DNA from: Candidatus Micrarchaeia archaeon
GTDB taxonomy: Archaea; Micrarchaeota; Micrarchaeia; Anstonellales; J096
Assembly: GCA_041500405.1 (NCBI GenBank)
Contig: JBGQMB010000012.1
Location: forward strand, 1 to 27,076
Length of the DNA stretch: 27,076 bases
Reading direction: 5' to 3'
Under the pieces are notes generated by a model. It had not been told where the DNA came from, searched no databases, and was given only the letters and a program-made list of their open reading frames with translations. The translations under genes and the position numbers were made by a program. Shown one piece after another: positions 8,094 through 16,466 of the stretch. Position 1 is the first letter of the stretch. Every line of letters starts with the position of its first letter.

Positions 8094-8581
8094 AGTATTC
8101 CGGCCTTCTGCAGAATGTCCTTGTTGACCTTCACGTACGGGGAGATGAATTTCAGGAACGCCTTGTCCTTGCCGACAACGACCCCGCCCCTGCCTTCCGA
8201 CGGATGCATGCGGAGGTTTGCAAGCAGCGTCTTGTCAACGACGTCTATGTGCCTCAGCGCCAGCTTCCCTCCGGATATGTCTCCAACGGCGTCGAAAACG
8301 CCTGCCAGGTATGCTGCCGCGTAATCGTTGCCGTACTTGAACCTCTCGGGTCTCTTTCCCCAGACCTGCGCGAAGAACTTCTGCATTGCAGAGTTGTAAA
8401 ACAATGCCTCGTTTTCAGCGTAGATGATTTTCTTGATTTCAGTCAGCTTCAGGGCAAGGCACGACTGTATGAACGCTTCTATCAGTTCGTCGCTTCCCCT
8501 GGTGCCTATCCCCTTCTCTGACTTTGAGTATCCCCAAAGTCCGATAACGTATGAAAGCTCTGGGCTGAGCCTGATTTTCAT
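8090..8581 (-). CDS. Stand-alone LAGLIDADG-like domain protein (probably catalytically degenerate)
   Basis: LSPELSYVIGLW and AYLAGVFDAVG motifs about 90 aa apart. Confidence 0.6.
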   Translation of the reverse strand: MKIRLSPELSYVIGLWGYSKSEKGIGTRGSDELIEAFIQSCLALKLTEIKKIIYAENEALFYNSAMQKFFAQVWGKRPERFKYGNDYAAAYLAGVFDAVGDISGGKLALRHIDVVDKTLLANLRMHPSEGRGGVVVGKDKAFLKFISPYVKVNKDILQKAGIL

Positions 8582-8583
8582 AA

Positions 8584-9099
8584 TCAGACCCTTCTGTCCG
8601 TTTCCCTGCCGCGCTCCTTTTCCTTTTCTGCGGGCATTATCGGCCTTATCGGAACGTCGGCGGAAACCCTGATTTCCTCGGCCCTGCGCTCCACCTTTGT
8701 GAGGTTTTCCTTCAGCACCTCGCCGTGCAGGACGTCGAAATTTGCCATGAACTTGGCCGCAACATGGTCCCCGTTCAGCCCCATCTCGTTGAATATTTCC
8801 ACGAGCTTCTTTCTCTGGTTTTCCGAGAACGGCTGCCTCCCTTCCATGTCATTCCTTATGGCCGCGTCAACCACCGTGTCAAGGACCACAGAAAGCTTTT
8901 TCATCTTGGACTTGTTCAGCTTGTCGCCCTCCTTGGACGACATTATTATCGCGGCAGCAAAGGCCCTTGTCGCGACCTGTATGGCGTTTGCCCTCTTGGT
9001 GAGTACGCTTTCCAGCACCTTGGCCTCCTTTTCGCTGAGCTTCTTGCCGTTCCTGACGGCGTCAAGCGTCTTTTCTATGAATGCCGAGAGTATTCCCAT
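8584..9099 (-). CDS. Hypothetical helical protein
   Basis: 171-aa ORF tightly packed (1-2 nt gaps) in a minus-strand gene run; charged helical composition. Confidence 0.65.
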   Translation of the reverse strand: MGILSAFIEKTLDAVRNGKKLSEKEAKVLESVLTKRANAIQVATRAFAAAIIMSSKEGDKLNKSKMKKLSVVLDTVVDAAIRNDMEGRQPFSENQRKKLVEIFNEMGLNGDHVAAKFMANFDVLHGEVLKENLTKVERRAEEIRVSADVPIRPIMPAEKEKERGRETDRRV

Positions 9100-9100
9100 A

Positions 9101-9511
9101 TTAGCCCTTCAGTATCTTTTTTAGCTTTTCCGGCTCCCTTGACGATCTCACAACTATCTCGGTGTACCCGTTGGCCCTGCCCACAAGGTAAACAGACTCA
9201 AGGTCCAGGCCGTTCTTGTAAATCTTTTCAGTGAGCTTGGCCAGCTCGCCGGGCCTATCCTGCATCTTGACGACATAAGCCCTTGAGACCTCCTTGGACA
9301 CCACCGTTACTCCGGACTTCGTTATTGCCTTGAGCGCAGTCGCGGGGTCCGCGGTAACAAGCCTTACCACCGCAGCCTTGCTGTCCTGCGCATAAGCGTT
9401 TATCGACTCTATGTTAAGGCCTGAAACAGATAGCGCGCTGGACAGCCTATACAGGCTTCCTGGAACATTTTCCAATACAAGAACAATCTCGTTGATTTCA
9501 TAAATGTCCAT
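9101..9511 (-). CDS. ACT domain-containing protein (two ACT repeats)
   Basis: LENVPGSLYRLSSALSVSGLNIESI and MQDRPGELAKLTEKIYKNGLDLESVY. Start placed at ATG 9511 after an AGGTGG SD-like site. Confidence 0.88.
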   Translation of the reverse strand: MDIYEINEIVLVLENVPGSLYRLSSALSVSGLNIESINAYAQDSKAAVVRLVTADPATALKAITKSGVTVVSKEVSRAYVVKMQDRPGELAKLTEKIYKNGLDLESVYLVGRANGYTEIVVRSSREPEKLKKILKG

Positions 9512-9642
9512 CAGCCAACCACCTTGACACATTAAGATGGCGAAGCTTTTAAACCATAGCCCCTTTCATTTGAGCCCAAGGGCCAAAGAAAAGGAAGGCT
9601 GAGCCTTAAGGGAACCTTGGTTCCTTTAGGAAAGAAAAAGGG

Positions 9643-9666
9643 TTGCGGCTGCCGGGATTTGAACCC
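9643..9666 (-). repeat. Orphan copy of the tRNA-Gly 3' end (att-like)
   Basis: TTGCGGCTGCCGGGATTTGAACCC is identical to 9756-9779. Confidence 0.9.
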
Positions 9667-9710
9667 TCCGGGCCCAAACCCCTAGATGCGCCCACAGGCA
9701 CCAAAATGCC

Positions 9711-9754
9711 TTCTTTTTGAACCCAAGGGCCTTTTCTTCGCGAAGAAAAGGGGC
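9711..9754. repeat. Palindromic repeat element or hairpin immediately 3' of tRNA-Gly
   Basis: Perfect 22-bp palindrome CCTTTTCTTCGCGAAGAAAAGG (9730-9751). Related copies at 9888-9930 and 20390-20424, degenerate copy at 9566-9599. Confidence 0.8.
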
Positions 9755-9756
9755 TT

Positions 9757-9827
9757 TGCGGCTGCCGGGATTTGAACCCGGGTCACAAGCTTGGAAGGCT
9801 CGTATCCTACCACTAGACTACAACCGC
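9757..9827 (-). tRNA. tRNA-Gly (anticodon TCC)
   Basis: GCGGTTG..CAGCCGC-A acceptor stem, D-loop TAGTGGTA, anticodon arm CGAGC-CTTCCAA-GCTTG, T-arm CCGGG-TTCAAAT-CCCGG. No intron, no encoded CCA. TATA near 9853-9860. Confidence 0.96.
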
Positions 9828-9887
9828 GCAATTCTGAATTATGCTAGATAAGATTTAAAATAATGGCATATTGCGCTGCCAAAAGGG

Positions 9888-9930
9888 TTCTTTTGAACCC
9901 AGGGGCCTTTTCTTCCCAAGAAAAGAGGCC
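9888..9930. repeat. Second copy of the palindromic repeat element
   Basis: TTCTTTTGAACCCAGGGGCCTTTTCTTCCCAAGAAAAGAGGCC aligns with 9711-9754. Confidence 0.8.
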
Positions 9931-9931
9931 T

Positions 9932-9980
9932 GACTACAGCCGCGCAATCCCTATACTGCCAGGATAGATTTTTTAAAACA
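9932..9980 (-). repeat. Orphan copy of the tRNA-Gly 5' end plus its promoter
   Basis: GACTACAGCCGCGCAAT versus GACTACAACCGCGCAAT at 9816-9832, followed at similar spacing by a TTTAAAA box. Confidence 0.75.
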
Positions 9981-9992
9981 TGGGGAAGGCCG

Positions 9993-10811
9993 CTATTCGC
10001 GGATGAAGTCCCCCTCCCTGTATGCCGGAGAGGATATGCAGAGCAGCTCCAGCTCATCTGTCTCGCTCCCATTCTCCAGCGCATGGACGACGTTCCTTGG
10101 AATGAAGACGACAGAGCCTTTTTTCACGTCGAATTTCCTGCTGCCGGCCATGACCTTGCCCCTTCCCCTCACCACATAATATATCTCCTCGCTTATGCAG
10201 TGGTGGTGGGGCTTGGCCTTCCTTCCCTTTTGCAAAAAGCCGACTGCCAATCCGACGTCCAGCAGGTTCCTTTCGGCCTGCGTGCCGAGTTCGTAGACCA
10301 GCGCGCCATCCAGCGCAGTCACCGGCGGCTTGCCATGCCTGAATCTTTCAGGTCTTGCCTTCGCATTGGCGGAACCCTTCAAACGCTTGATGTCATTCCG
10401 GTCAAAAGGCGGCATCGCAAGCACAAGGTGCTCCAGCTCCGAACGCCCCCTGTTGTCCAGCTTGTGCGGAGCCCAAGGCGGAATCATGACATACGTCCCT
10501 TTTTCCGCAACAGTCGACATGTCCCCATGGTAAAGGATGCCCTTTCCGGAAAGGACAAAATATATCTCGTACATCCTATGGTGCCTGTGCCACAGGGAAT
10601 TGTCTCCGGGGTCCATCGTCACGTGCGCTAGGCTGACCTTCGGCAGGGAGATGACCTCCCTCAGATTTTGGTTGCAGACATTGTAAACGGTCTTCAATTG
10701 ATAAACGTCGATGAATCTTGGCTTTTTGGCGGACGCGTCAGGCGGCAGTATGTCTCCGAAGCCTGCCTGCCCTTTGTCCATGAGGCCCCTTTTTGTCCTC
10801 TGCGCCTGCAT
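9993..10811 (-). CDS. Bicupin (two cupin domain) protein
   Basis: HRHHRMYEIYFVLSGKG..IPPWAPHKLDN and HHHCISEEIYYVVRGRG..IPRNVVHALEN. Start estimated at ATG 10811 from the TATA near 10835-10842. Confidence 0.88.
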   Translation of the reverse strand: MQAQRTKRGLMDKGQAGFGDILPPDASAKKPRFIDVYQLKTVYNVCNQNLREVISLPKVSLAHVTMDPGDNSLWHRHHRMYEIYFVLSGKGILYHGDMSTVAEKGTYVMIPPWAPHKLDNRGRSELEHLVLAMPPFDRNDIKRLKGSANAKARPERFRHGKPPVTALDGALVYELGTQAERNLLDVGLAVGFLQKGRKAKPHHHCISEEIYYVVRGRGKVMAGSRKFDVKKGSVVFIPRNVVHALENGSETDELELLCISSPAYREGDFIRE

Positions 10812-10894
10812 ATCCCCATTTTGGCGCATAGGAGTTAAAAAACGCCAGGGCGCGGAAAACAAGGTATATAAAGAGGCGCGGGCAAAACATTTCC

Positions 10895-11800
10895 ATGCAA
10901 CTTGTAACAGGCGGAGCGGGCTTCATAGGCTCGCACATCGTTGATATCCTCAACCCAAAGGACACTGTAATACTAGATGACTTTTCCAACGGAAAAATGG
11001 AGAATATAAACAGCGCAGTCTCCAACGGCGCAAAGCTCATGGAGATGGACATCGCGGACATAACGCCGGAGACGCTGGAGGATATTGACGTCATTTTCCA
11101 CCAGGCCGCGCTTGTTTCAGTCCCGCTAAGCTTCCAGCAGTTCGAGAAAACGTACAAGGACAACGTCGCGTCATTCCTCAACCTTTTGGAGTGCGCAAGG
11201 CAATCCGACGTCGAAAGAATAGTGTTCGCAAGCTCGGCGGCGGTTTACGGCGAAAGCGGGGAGCCGCTCAGGGAAGATGCCAAGCTGTTCCCGAAAAGCC
11301 CGTATGCGGAAAGCAAGGTCATGGATGAGCTTTATGCAAGGATTTACGCAAAGGAATACGGCATGAAGATAATCCCATTGAGGTATTTCAACGTCTACGG
11401 GCCAAGGCAGGACCCGTCCAGCCCGTATTCGGGCGTCATATCGCTATTCGCATCCAATATGAAAAAGAATGAACCAATAACGGTTTATGGGGACGGAAAC
11501 CAGACAAGGGACTTTGTGTTTGTCAAGGACGTGGCAGAGGCGAACCTGATTGCGTCAAAGATGAAGCGCAACTTCGCAGAGCCGATAAACATAGCGTCCG
11601 GAAAAGGGACCACGATAATGGGGCTTTTCAGGATTTTGTGCGACATAACAGGCTATTTCAAGGAGCCGGAGTTCGCGGCTTCGAGGGAGGGCGACGTGAA
11701 GTTCAGCGTGGCGGACATTGAAAAGGCAAAGGAAATAATGGACTTCTCGGCTGAAAGGACGCTTGAAAGCGGGCTGAAAGAGACGCTGGAATCGGCCTAA
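10895..11800 (+). CDS. NAD-dependent epimerase/dehydratase (UDP-glucose 4-epimerase-like extended SDR)
   Basis: GGAGFIGSH, SSAAVYG, YAESK (YxxxK), LRYFNVYGPRQ, GDGNQTRDFVFV. Confidence 0.93.
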   Translation: MQLVTGGAGFIGSHIVDILNPKDTVILDDFSNGKMENINSAVSNGAKLMEMDIADITPETLEDIDVIFHQAALVSVPLSFQQFEKTYKDNVASFLNLLECARQSDVERIVFASSAAVYGESGEPLREDAKLFPKSPYAESKVMDELYARIYAKEYGMKIIPLRYFNVYGPRQDPSSPYSGVISLFASNMKKNEPITVYGDGNQTRDFVFVKDVAEANLIASKMKRNFAEPINIASGKGTTIMGLFRILCDITGYFKEPEFAASREGDVKFSVADIEKAKEIMDFSAERTLESGLKETLESA

Positions 11801-11837
11801 CGCATCAATATTTAAACCGTTTTTCTCCCAACAAAGC

Positions 11838-12833
11838 ATGGCAAACGGCACCTTGGCTGTGAAAGAGGAAAAGCTCAGGATTTCCAGGAATGAAAGGCGC
11901 GAAATCCTCAAGACAACCGATGCATTGGTTGCGCGGAGCATGAAATCCGCCGTCACCAAGATGAGGTTTGACATTTACAGTTCTTGCTCAACAGTGTCTG
12001 CGCGGACGACAATAGCCAAAGTGTCCCGCATTGCAGAGGACTTTGAAGCCGGCGCGTTCATGGAATTCGGCAAGGCATGGGACAAGTACCAAAATGCGCT
12101 CAGCCTTGCAAAATCCAATCCCTCCGCAGAGACCGGAAGAAGGTATTACAGGGCGCTGGACACGCTTGCAAACGAGTTCAACAGCGCAATAAACGATTAT
12201 GCCGAGAGCAAGTCCAAATTGTGGCTCGGCTGGCCGAACCTTTTCATCAATTCCGCGGACTTGGCGGGATACGCGCTCATCCCGTTCACCATCGGCCTGG
12301 GAGGCATAATGGAAAAAGGGTTCGCAAAGGCCGCGAAGGCGATAACAAAAAAGTATGCCGGGAACCAGCTGGCAAGGCCGCTTGCGCAAGAGCTGATAAA
12401 GAAGGAGATAAAGCACACTGTCAACATGGCGTTCAACACGTTCTTTGCGCTTTCAATATCAGGAAGCCTTGGGTCAACATTGGCAAAGGATCTTATAGGC
12501 AAGCCGTCGGCCGCAAAACAGGCGATAGACATGTCCTCGTTCGCAACCATGGTGCTGAAGGACAGGGATGCGACAAACAGGCTTTGCGAGTCCATGAGGC
12601 AGATAGGCGCGCTTGCCCCGGAAGCCCACACGGTCGCGTTTGAGGACAAGATGATGGAAATAGCAAACCCACCTTTGGACATTGGCAAATATATGAGCTC
12701 GGTTGGCATGCAGGTGGCGCTGCTCGCACTGATAAACAGGAATGCGATGCTGAAAGGCGCGAAAAAAATCCTGCAAAGGTCGGGAACAATGAGCCCGGCG
12801 ACAGTAGCCAAGCTCAGGTATTCAGGGCTTTGA
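11838..12833 (+). CDS. Hypothetical helical protein with hydrophobic segments
   Basis: 331-aa ORF with its own TTTAAA box near 11811. Hydrophobic Gly-rich stretches LAGYALIPFTIGLGG and FFALSISGSLG. Confidence 0.65.
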   Translation: MANGTLAVKEEKLRISRNERREILKTTDALVARSMKSAVTKMRFDIYSSCSTVSARTTIAKVSRIAEDFEAGAFMEFGKAWDKYQNALSLAKSNPSAETGRRYYRALDTLANEFNSAINDYAESKSKLWLGWPNLFINSADLAGYALIPFTIGLGGIMEKGFAKAAKAITKKYAGNQLARPLAQELIKKEIKHTVNMAFNTFFALSISGSLGSTLAKDLIGKPSAAKQAIDMSSFATMVLKDRDATNRLCESMRQIGALAPEAHTVAFEDKMMEIANPPLDIGKYMSSVGMQVALLALINRNAMLKGAKKILQRSGTMSPATVAKLRYSGL

Positions 12834-12882
12834 GTCCGGCGATGCCATAATCTTTTAAACTGTAGCGCAGTTAAGCAAAACC

Positions 12883-13455
12883 ATGTACAAATTAATGCTA
12901 GTTTCAATAATGGCCGCAATGCTGGTGCTCTCGGCAGGGTGCATATCCCAAGGGACAGGAACAGCAAACACAAGCAACGGCACTGCCGCAACCCCAATCA
13001 TTCCAAACAACTCCGGCAATGTTACTCCTTTGCCAAACGCAACGACCAATGACACAACCGAGCCGAACAGCACGGCCGCGCTCAACCAAACGCCAATCGC
13101 ATTCAAATGCGCGGAGATAGCGTCCCCTTCGGCAGAGCAGGAGGCTGCATGCAAGAAGAAAGTCAGCGCCTATGTCGCAATAAAGAACGAGAGCAACTGC
13201 ACCACGGAATACAGGTGCATGACGGCGCTGGAAAGGGTGACGTACGACCTTTCAAAAATCCAAATCCAGGACGAAAGGTGCCCTGAAGCCATAACGGCTG
13301 ATGTCCTGTACCAGGCGGCAAACATCTGCGGGGCAGACTACGAGTCCTTAGAAGTCATAGTCACGTCAAGGTACAACTACGTCGGCCAGTCGTGCGTGAA
13401 GTCCCTGAGCATAAACTGCACGACCTACAGCGCGTTCGTCAGGGCAACGAGCTAA
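12883..13455 (+). CDS. Putative surface lipoprotein/glycoprotein
   Basis: Signal peptide with LSAGC lipobox, Thr/Asn-rich linker, 11 N-x-S/T sequons, 8 further Cys. Confidence 0.75.
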   Translation: MYKLMLVSIMAAMLVLSAGCISQGTGTANTSNGTAATPIIPNNSGNVTPLPNATTNDTTEPNSTAALNQTPIAFKCAEIASPSAEQEAACKKKVSAYVAIKNESNCTTEYRCMTALERVTYDLSKIQIQDERCPEAITADVLYQAANICGADYESLEVIVTSRYNYVGQSCVKSLSINCTTYSAFVRATS

Positions 13456-13492
13456 TCCATACTTTTTTAAACTTCCTTTTTCAAATGCCCAT

Positions 13493-14587
13493 ATGGCAAG
13501 GACAAGGATAGTTTCCGAGTCCGGAAAGGAAGCGGTTCTTTACAAAAAGCTCAAGGGCAAAACAGTCAGGTGCCTTGCGTGCAAGCATTATTGCATCATC
13601 TCTGATGGAAGAGTCGGCATCTGCTCAACAAGGGGAAACGAAAACGGGAAGCTTTATTCCTACGTCTACGGGCATCCTGCTGCAGTGAACATGGACCCCA
13701 TAGAGAAGAAGCCGTTTTTCCACTGCAATCCGGGCACAGAGCTCTTTTCAATAGGCACTTTCGGTTGCAATTTTCGCTGCTCCTTTTGCCAAAATTATGA
13801 GATGAGCCAGTTCCCGAAGCAGGAGGCGCTGAACAAGGCAGCAAACTCAAAAAACCTCATTTGGAAACGGTCCAACGCGCTTCCTCCGGAGATGGCGGTC
13901 AAGCTGGCGCTGCAGTACAAGGCAGACGGCATGGCGTACACGTACAATGAGCCCACAATCTGGGCGGAATACGCGGAGGACATAGCCAAGCTGGCGTCCA
14001 AGAACGGCCTGTTCAACGTTTTCGTGTCTTCGGGCTACGAAACCGAGGAGGCGCTCAAGTTCCTCAAGCACATAGACTATTACAAGATAGACCTGAAGGG
14101 ATTCACCGAGGACTTTTACGCAAGGAACTGCGGAACCAAATTGGCAAACGTCCTTGAAACAATAAAATCCGTTTACAAGATGGGCAAGCACCTTGAAATA
14201 GTCACTTTGGTAATCCCAGGAGAGAATGACAGCGATGAACAGCTAAAGGGCATGGCGGAGTTCATCGCAGGCATAGACAAGAACATACCCTGGCATGTGA
14301 CACAGTTCCATCCTGAATACAAGATGATGGACAGGCCAATAACCCCGAACCAGACGCTGATAAAGGCAAGGGACATAGGCAAGAAGGCCGGCCTGAGATA
14401 TGTCTACATCGGCAACACGTACGTGGAGAATGCCGAGAACACTTACTGCCCTAGGTGCAACGCCCTGCTTGTTGGAAGGAACTTCTTCAGCATCAACTTC
14501 TTTGACATAACCCCGGAAGGAAAATGCCCGAAGTGCGGGGAAAAGATATACGGAGTGTGGAAAAGGGCAAGGGTCCATCCATACTGA
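13493..14587 (+). CDS. amrS: AmmeMemoRadiSam system radical SAM enzyme (PflA-like)
   Basis: CLACKHYC N-terminal cluster, DPIEKKPFFH, GCNFRCSFCQN (CxxxCxxC), YTYNEPT, C-terminal CPRC/CPKC. Confidence 0.9.
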   Translation: MARTRIVSESGKEAVLYKKLKGKTVRCLACKHYCIISDGRVGICSTRGNENGKLYSYVYGHPAAVNMDPIEKKPFFHCNPGTELFSIGTFGCNFRCSFCQNYEMSQFPKQEALNKAANSKNLIWKRSNALPPEMAVKLALQYKADGMAYTYNEPTIWAEYAEDIAKLASKNGLFNVFVSSGYETEEALKFLKHIDYYKIDLKGFTEDFYARNCGTKLANVLETIKSVYKMGKHLEIVTLVIPGENDSDEQLKGMAEFIAGIDKNIPWHVTQFHPEYKMMDRPITPNQTLIKARDIGKKAGLRYVYIGNTYVENAENTYCPRCNALLVGRNFFSINFFDITPEGKCPKCGEKIYGVWKRARVHPY

Positions 14588-14606
14588 AGATTAAAGCGTG
14601 TATAAT

Positions 14607-15137
14607 TTACCGCTCAACGACGCTCTTGCCCCTTTCGTTCGGGGAAATCCTTATCTTTCCGCTTGAGAACTGCTCCTTGTCAAAGGTTTCAGTGAGTTCC
14701 TTCCCGTCCATCATCCTGTCCATGAACAGGGCAAGCGCGGCTATTTCGGAATGCGGCTGGTTCGTTATTGAAACGTTATAATCCGCAAGCTGGTACATCT
14801 CGCCAGGGACCTGCTCGCTCCCGACCACGACAAGAATGTCCTTTCCATCAAGGGGCTTTTTTGGAATGCCCTTTCCATACATCGTAAGATGGACAACAGT
14901 GAATCCTTTCTTCCTGTAGTCGTTTACGGTCTTTTTCCAGTTTTCAGTGTATTCAACGAAAAAGCTCCCGCCCCATTTTTCGCATATCTTTTTCAGGCTT
15001 TTCTCCATTCCGGGGTCGCGCATTCCACAATAGGCCATGCCATTTGCGCCAAAAGCCCTTGCGACAAGCGCAACGTGCGTTGTCGCCCTCTCGTCCCGAG
15101 GCAGCCTGTGGAAAAGCCTCAGGATTGTTATCATCAA
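14607..15137 (-). CDS. trm56: tRNA (cytidine(56)-2'-O)-methyltransferase aTrm56
   Basis: LRLFHR..RDERATTHVALVARAFGA, HLTMYG, VVVGSEQVP, TNQPHSEIAALALF. Confidence 0.93.
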   Translation of the reverse strand: MMITILRLFHRLPRDERATTHVALVARAFGANGMAYCGMRDPGMEKSLKKICEKWGGSFFVEYTENWKKTVNDYRKKGFTVVHLTMYGKGIPKKPLDGKDILVVVGSEQVPGEMYQLADYNVSITNQPHSEIAALALFMDRMMDGKELTETFDKEQFSSGKIRISPNERGKSVVER

Positions 15138-15138
15138 A

Positions 15139-16302
15139 TCACCTTGAGAAAACCATCATGCCAAGGTCGTCGAACATCCTGCTCGACTTTATTTCCCGCA
15201 CAATGGCCTTTCCCACCGATTCAAGGTCAGATTCCCTGAACCTCCTCTTCAGCTCCATGTCCAAAAGCGGTATTGTGGAATTTAGCGCTATGATAATGTC
15301 CCCGCTGACGTGGTTTTCGTCAGGGCCCGGGCTTGCGCCCATGTCCAGGTACATCATCCTTCCCTTGCCCCTGACTATCTGCACGTCCTCGCCGATGTTT
15401 TTGGCGCTTGGCCTGAACACGCTTTCTATCCTTCCGCCGTCTATCCTGTAAAATGACATATCCTTTGTGGCCATGACATGCATTCCCTCGCTGCTCCCTA
15501 TCATGACCCCGAAGCCTACGGTCGAGTTGAACGTTTCCCTTGCCTTCACGTTGTATTCCGTCATGAAGCTGCGCAGCGCGCCGATCATCTCCCCGCCGTT
15601 GGTCCCTATCCTGCAAGTAAGCTGGCTTATGAGCTCGTCCGTTATCCTGTCCGCAGCGTCGCCTTCCATCCTCCTGTTCTCGGAAACGGCCTTTACCATG
15701 ACGCCGACGCTGTATCTCCGCCCTTCCCTGTACATGCGCATGAACGCAGAGGATATTCCTGCGCTTTCCGTCTTTCTCTTTTTGGGCTTCTTTTCCACAT
15801 ACATGTACATGTCCTTGAAGCTGTCGCTCTTTTCCTGGAAACCGAGCGTGTCGCTTGCCTTTATCCTGACCATGTCCAATGATATGGGCTCCGTGCACAC
15901 GGAGAGCACGTCCATATACGGCCTTATGTTGCTGTTAAGGCTCCTTCTGAGCCTTTTTGAGTGCGTGCTGTCCCATTCGTATCCCCTGAGCTCGACCGGG
16001 ATTATCCGCCTTTTCAGTATGGACTCCACGCTTTGCGGCGAGCTTCTTTGCAGCGTCGCCGCCAGGTCAACGTCCTTTTGCGCAACAAGAGGGGTTGGCT
16101 GCCTCCTTGAAAGCAGCGACGTGAGCAGGCTGTATGTTGAGTTGTTTGTTATCCTTGTGATGCCAAGCCCCTGGCTTTCATCAATGAGCGCGCGCCCTGC
16201 CAAATCCGGCCTTTTGGGCATCTGCTCCAATTTCTCCTGCTCTATATGCTCTGTATCTAGTATATCTACTACTCTTGGGGTGGGGCTGGTCATTACTTTC
16301 AC
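15139..16302 (-). CDS. Hypothetical protein with degenerate PP2C/PPM-like C-terminal fold
   Basis: Motif order QEKSDSF / KDMSFYRIDGGRI / GDIIIALNST / DDLGMMVF parallels PPM motifs. Start at GTG 16302 or ATG 16293. Confidence 0.5.
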   Translation of the reverse strand: MKVMTSPTPRVVDILDTEHIEQEKLEQMPKRPDLAGRALIDESQGLGITRITNNSTYSLLTSLLSRRQPTPLVAQKDVDLAATLQRSSPQSVESILKRRIIPVELRGYEWDSTHSKRLRRSLNSNIRPYMDVLSVCTEPISLDMVRIKASDTLGFQEKSDSFKDMYMYVEKKPKKRKTESAGISSAFMRMYREGRRYSVGVMVKAVSENRRMEGDAADRITDELISQLTCRIGTNGGEMIGALRSFMTEYNVKARETFNSTVGFGVMIGSSEGMHVMATKDMSFYRIDGGRIESVFRPSAKNIGEDVQIVRGKGRMMYLDMGASPGPDENHVSGDIIIALNSTIPLLDMELKRRFRESDLESVGKAIVREIKSSRMFDDLGMMVFSR

Positions 16303-16395
16303 TGATTAAGCGGTGCATTCGAAATGTTTAAAAAGGACAAGGCGACAATTCCGCTATTATCTCCTCCTTTTTCTGCTTTTTTCCGCTATTGGACA

Positions 16396-16451
16396 CACTA
16401 TTTCATTGCCTTGCATGCGGCAACGTTTTTAACCTGTCCGCTGAAATAGTG
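16396..16451. promoter_or_regulatory. 10-bp inverted repeat flanking the TATA box of the dehydrogenase gene
   Basis: CACTATTTCA (16396-16405) and TGAAATAGTG (16442-16451), with TTTTTAA between them. Confidence 0.4.
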
Positions 16452-16466
16452 CAAAGGCAGATTGCA

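Noticed and set aside
8090..8581. Intein or group I intron-encoded homing endonuclease
   Set aside because: No intein splice-junction motifs and no interrupted host gene; it is a discrete ORF.
9566..9980. Mini-CRISPR array or split-tRNA interpretation of the tRNA-Gly region
   Set aside because: The repeats are degenerate and irregularly spaced. The full tRNA is intact, and the fragments are too short and lack evident BHB or complementary leaders.
13493..14587. amrS without adjacent amrA/amrB as a novel system
   Set aside because: The partner genes may simply lie elsewhere in the genome; this cannot be judged from the window.
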